Shown piece by piece: positions 60,835 through 64,000 of a stretch of 64,000 nt of DNA. This DNA is from a virus, in the IMG/VR virus record IMGVR_UViG_3300022188_000226, positions 1 to 64,000 of that record; one strand, given 5' to 3'. The translations under genes were made by a program, and so were the position numbers. Position 1 is the stretch's first letter. Every line of letters starts with the position of its first letter. The notes under the pieces are model-generated. The model did no database searches. It worked only from the letters and a program-made list of their open reading frames with translations, and had not been told where the DNA came from.

Positions 60835-61614
60835 GTGGGGCATTATAAAACGTTGGGTGTTAGTTCTCAAGCTACGCAAGAAGAAATAAAAAAAGCTTAT
60901 CGTAATCTTTCTAAAGAACACCACCCAGATGTTGGTGGTAATGAAGAAATATTTAAGAGTGTGTCTGAGGCTTATTCGACTCTATCAGATGTTGAAAAAC
61001 GTAGACAGTATGATAATCCTAATCCTTTTGATGGTATGTCTGGCGGTATGGGAGGGTTTCCGTTTGGTTTTCAAAGGCCTCGCCAACAGAAGCCTGACCT
61101 AAATGCACCAAAGGACGGACATTTTATAGGCGTAGAAGTGGAGTTACCTCTTAAGCACTATGTTTTTGGTGGTAAATTTAAAATTAATTTAAATTATCAT
61201 GAAGACTGTGCTGATTGTGGGGGTAAGGGTTTCAGTACTGGTACTGAATGTGATGTTTGTAATGGGGAAGGGTATGTACAACAAGTAGAAAGGAGGCCTG
61301 GTTTTATGTCCTCTGCAACACGTCCTTGTCATAAATGTGGGGGGCTGGGTCAAGTTTCTACTAATAAATGTGAGACATGCTCAGGAACTGGAAATCATTC
61401 AGTTATAGATAAAGAATTTATTTTTGATATCCCTAAAGGGTCAGGAATAGGTGCTAAAATAATACTTAGTGGTGTAGGTAGGGTTGGTATAAATGGTGGA
61501 CGGAACGGAGATATTGGTATAATGATAACTAATATAAAACAACCAGTGTTAAATAAACTATCCCCTGATAAAGTAGACATACTAAAAGACTTATTAGAAG
61601 AACTAGACGCTTAA
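60835..61614 (+). CDS. dnaJ: DnaJ co-chaperone (J domain, G/F region, four CxxCxGxG repeats, shortened C-terminus)
   Basis: HYKTLGV..IKKAYRNLSKEHHPDVGG..EAYSTLSD..RRQYD; CADCGGKG, CDVCNGEG, CHKCGGLG, CETCSGTG. Confidence 0.92.
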   Translation: MGHYKTLGVSSQATQEEIKKAYRNLSKEHHPDVGGNEEIFKSVSEAYSTLSDVEKRRQYDNPNPFDGMSGGMGGFPFGFQRPRQQKPDLNAPKDGHFIGVEVELPLKHYVFGGKFKINLNYHEDCADCGGKGFSTGTECDVCNGEGYVQQVERRPGFMSSATRPCHKCGGLGQVSTNKCETCSGTGNHSVIDKEFIFDIPKGSGIGAKIILSGVGRVGINGGRNGDIGIMITNIKQPVLNKLSPDKVDILKDLLEELDA

Positions 61615-61653
61615 TTAGTCATACGTCTTCTGATAAATAATTTCAGGGGGTAC

Positions 61654-62184
61654 TTGACAATGATACAAAGAGTGCTTAGTTTAGATATAGCAACAACTAC
61701 TGGTTGGGCGTTTAATTTTGTTCAGACGATAGATAAGTTTGAGTATGGGTTGATAAAAACTAATTCTAAACATAGTGAAGGAAGAAGGTTGGCTTATTTT
61801 AGGAAAGAGTTAATAAAGCTTATCTCGAAATTTAACCCAACACATGTTGTTATAGAGGATATTTATTCCGGTATAAATGTAAAAACCATGAAGTTACTGG
61901 CTAAATACGCAGGGGTTGCTCAAGAATGTTGTGCGTCGTTTGCAAACATAGACCCATATATAATTCATACTAGTACAGTAAAGGCTTATTTTAAAGCTAA
62001 AAATAAAAGACAGTTATTTGATTTTGCAATTACTCTTTTAGATTGGGATACAAATGTAATAAGTTTTAAAAAACATAATGATATTGTGGATTCAATTTGT
62101 CAATTAATTTGTTATTGTGATAAAGTATTGGGTGTAAAAAAATGTAGAGAAGAAAAAGATTATGGGTATTTATATAAGTTATAG
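61654..62184 (+). CDS. ruvC: RuvC-like Holliday junction resolvase
   Basis: VLSLDIATTTGWA; FNPTHVVIEDIY; NDIVDSI. Start may be ATG 61660. Confidence 0.85.
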   Translation: MTMIQRVLSLDIATTTGWAFNFVQTIDKFEYGLIKTNSKHSEGRRLAYFRKELIKLISKFNPTHVVIEDIYSGINVKTMKLLAKYAGVAQECCASFANIDPYIIHTSTVKAYFKAKNKRQLFDFAITLLDWDTNVISFKKHNDIVDSICQLICYCDKVLGVKKCREEKDYGYLYKL

Positions 62185-62218
62185 AGAAATTAAAGTTAAC
62201 ATTTATGTGGGGTATTAA

Positions 62219-63385
62219 ATGGCAAAAAATATTAAGCTTAGTGCTACAAGAATTAGTACATTTCTGTCATGTAAGCAGAAATACTGGTTCAATTATTATG
62301 AGAAGTTACCTAAACTTTCTAATCCAGCGTTTAAATTAGGTTTAGCCGTTCATGAATCACTCGAATTAGCAGGAAATATTTGGATGGAGAAAGAAAAGTT
62401 TAGTAAAGCAGATATCAAAAAAGTTATGGCGGAGTACGATAGGATATCTATTAGAGAAGGTATAGAAGAGTATTCTTCTCATCTAGAAGGTAAAGAGTTA
62501 GTTAAGAAAAGATTAAATAATTTTATTTCTGGCGAAAAACTTATAGGTTTAGAGACTAAATTTGGATTTTGGGGTAAGGACGCTGGACCACAAGTCACAA
62601 GTAAGTATGGTGTGCCACTAATAGGGGCAATTGATAAAGTCGAGAAGTATGATGAAGATACTGTACTTATAGTAGACTATAAAACTTCTAAGACCGCACC
62701 GACACCTATTCAGATGAAAAGTGATATGCAGCTTTCAATTTATGATTTGGTAGCACGTCAAGTATGGCCTGGATATAAAAGGGTTGTGTTGGCTTTAGAT
62801 TTATTGAAATCAGATGTTTTATATACATATAGAACTGACAAACAACGTGAAGAGTTTGAAGTTTATATTAAGGTTATCTATGATGAAATGTTAGCTTTTA
62901 CAGAAGAGGAAGCAGCTGCTTCGTTGAATATGTTTTGTCCGTGGTGTTCTTATAAAGATTATTGTTCTACTTATCAGAAAGCTTGTAAAAAATCTGACTA
63001 TAAATTCTTACCAACTGTTGGTTATACGGATAATCAGTTGATTGAGGAGTGGGATAGTGTTAAATCTACCAAGAAAATTTTGGAGAACAGGGAGCGTGAG
63101 CTTGGAATGATCATGATGGAAAAAATTAGACGCACGTCAAATAATTTAAGGGGAGACAAGAAAGAAATTTATGTACGACAGAACGCAAGAATAAATTATG
63201 ATCTCAGTACAGTGGCAGAGAAAGTTCCAACAGAGGATTTTCCAAGTCTTGTTAATATAAACAAAAGAGCTGTGGATGTATATTTGAATCTTAATCCAGC
63301 AGTAAAGGATGACATTATTGAAACAACTATTACAAATTATACATCTCCGTTTTTGGCTGGAAGGGATATAAAGAAAAGCAAATAA
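62219..63385 (+). CDS. PD-(D/E)XK RecB/AddB/Cas4-like nuclease with Fe-S cysteines
   Basis: LSATRISTFLSC; GAIDKV; IVDYKTSK; QLSIY; CPWCSYKDYC. Confidence 0.88.
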   Translation: MAKNIKLSATRISTFLSCKQKYWFNYYEKLPKLSNPAFKLGLAVHESLELAGNIWMEKEKFSKADIKKVMAEYDRISIREGIEEYSSHLEGKELVKKRLNNFISGEKLIGLETKFGFWGKDAGPQVTSKYGVPLIGAIDKVEKYDEDTVLIVDYKTSKTAPTPIQMKSDMQLSIYDLVARQVWPGYKRVVLALDLLKSDVLYTYRTDKQREEFEVYIKVIYDEMLAFTEEEAAASLNMFCPWCSYKDYCSTYQKACKKSDYKFLPTVGYTDNQLIEEWDSVKSTKKILENRERELGMIMMEKIRRTSNNLRGDKKEIYVRQNARINYDLSTVAEKVPTEDFPSLVNINKRAVDVYLNLNPAVKDDIIETTITNYTSPFLAGRDIKKSK

Positions 63386-63428
63386 TAACTGCAATACAAT
63401 TTTTTTAAAAGAAGTAAAGGAGAAGGGA

Positions 63429-64000
63429 ATGACAAAAAAGAATAAGAAACCTGCCACAAAATTTTCACAACCAGTCCCCAAGAACAAGATTAAAGTATTA
63501 GCATACTGTGACTCCCCTACTTGTGCAACAGGTTTTGGAACAGTGTCACGTAATATTTTATTAGGTCTGTATTCTACTGGGCGTTATGATATTGACGTTC
63601 TTGGTATTAATTACTGGGGAGATCCACATAATCTTCCGTTCAGAATTTGGCCTACTGGTATTAACAGTGAACGAGATCCTTATGGTAGAAAGAAAGTATT
63701 TAAAATGATTCAGCAGATGGATTTTGATATTATATTTTTTTTGCAGGATACTTTTATTTTAGATTTTTTACCTGAGCTTCAGAAGTCTCTTGTAGATCGT
63801 GGGAAGCCTTTTAAATCTATAGTTTATTATCCAGTGGACGGTGTGCCTAAAGAACAGTGGCTTCATAATGTAAATGCTTGTGATTTTCCTGTGGCGTATT
63901 CTGAATTTGGTAAAGCTGAGAGCATGCGTGTACTGCCTATAATGAAAGAGCCTCTGGTTGTCCCTCATGGAGCTAATACTAAAGATTTTTTTGTTGCAGA
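63429..64000 (+). CDS. GT-B fold (GT4-like) glycosyltransferase, 3'-truncated by the window edge; absent from the ORF track
   Basis: AAGGAG SD; KVLAYCDSPTCATGFGTVSRNIL...DPYG...IVYYPVDG...AYSEFG...VPHGANTKDF. Confidence 0.85.
   Translation, partial: MTKKNKKPATKFSQPVPKNKIKVLAYCDSPTCATGFGTVSRNILLGLYSTGRYDIDVLGINYWGDPHNLPFRIWPTGINSERDPYGRKKVFKMIQQMDFDIIFFLQDTFILDFLPELQKSLVDRGKPFKSIVYYPVDGVPKEQWLHNVNACDFPVAYSEFGKAESMRVLPIMKEPLVVPHGANTKDFFVA

Noticed and set aside
62219-63385. Cas4-like nuclease as part of a CRISPR-Cas system
   Set aside because: Stand-alone RecB/Cas4-like nucleases are common in phage replication modules; no array or other cas genes were seen.
1406-63968. The many short minus-strand and nested alternative-frame ORFs in the track (e.g. 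11540..11773, 27708..28118, 39745..40143, 52994..53359, 58510..58899, 63146..63487)
   Set aside because: They overlap longer, motif-bearing + strand genes, have no recognisable motifs and look like shadow ORFs.
1-64000. tRNA or rRNA genes
   Set aside because: No cloverleaf/TTCGA-arm pattern or rRNA-like sequence was seen in the few intergenic gaps.

Overview
This 64-kb window looks like part of a large, AT-rich dsDNA (jumbo-type) bacteriophage genome. Essentially all credible genes are on the + strand, use the standard code and have Shine-Dalgarno sites. Bases 1-50381 form a tightly packed virion/tail structural region (Ig-like, DUF2341, LamG, discoidin, lectin-like and fibre-repeat proteins up to 3008 aa). 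It is interrupted by a degenerate ComD/ComE-like (sulfo-/phosphonopyruvate decarboxylase) gene pair, an internally deleted IscB element and a homing-endonuclease island. From about 50390 a sigma70-type promoter precedes a replication/recombination module: tnpB, dnaN, recA, endonuclease, dnaB, dnaG, ssb, Zn-ribbon protein, Hef-like gene, dnaJ, ruvC, RecB/Cas4-like nuclease and a GT4 glycosyltransferase. The most notable observations are: (i) a TnpB apparently lacking its RuvC-II glutamate, coupled to dnaN, plus two promoter-associated orphan omegaRNA-like 127-bp copies flanking a cargo gene; (ii) the four larger RNA-guided elements all sit in translation-initiation regions; (iii) a recurring T/S-x-S-G motif in virion proteins; (iv) a modular tail fibre with a 192-bp exact in-frame repeat. 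All calls come from motif recognition by eye; no database searches were run.
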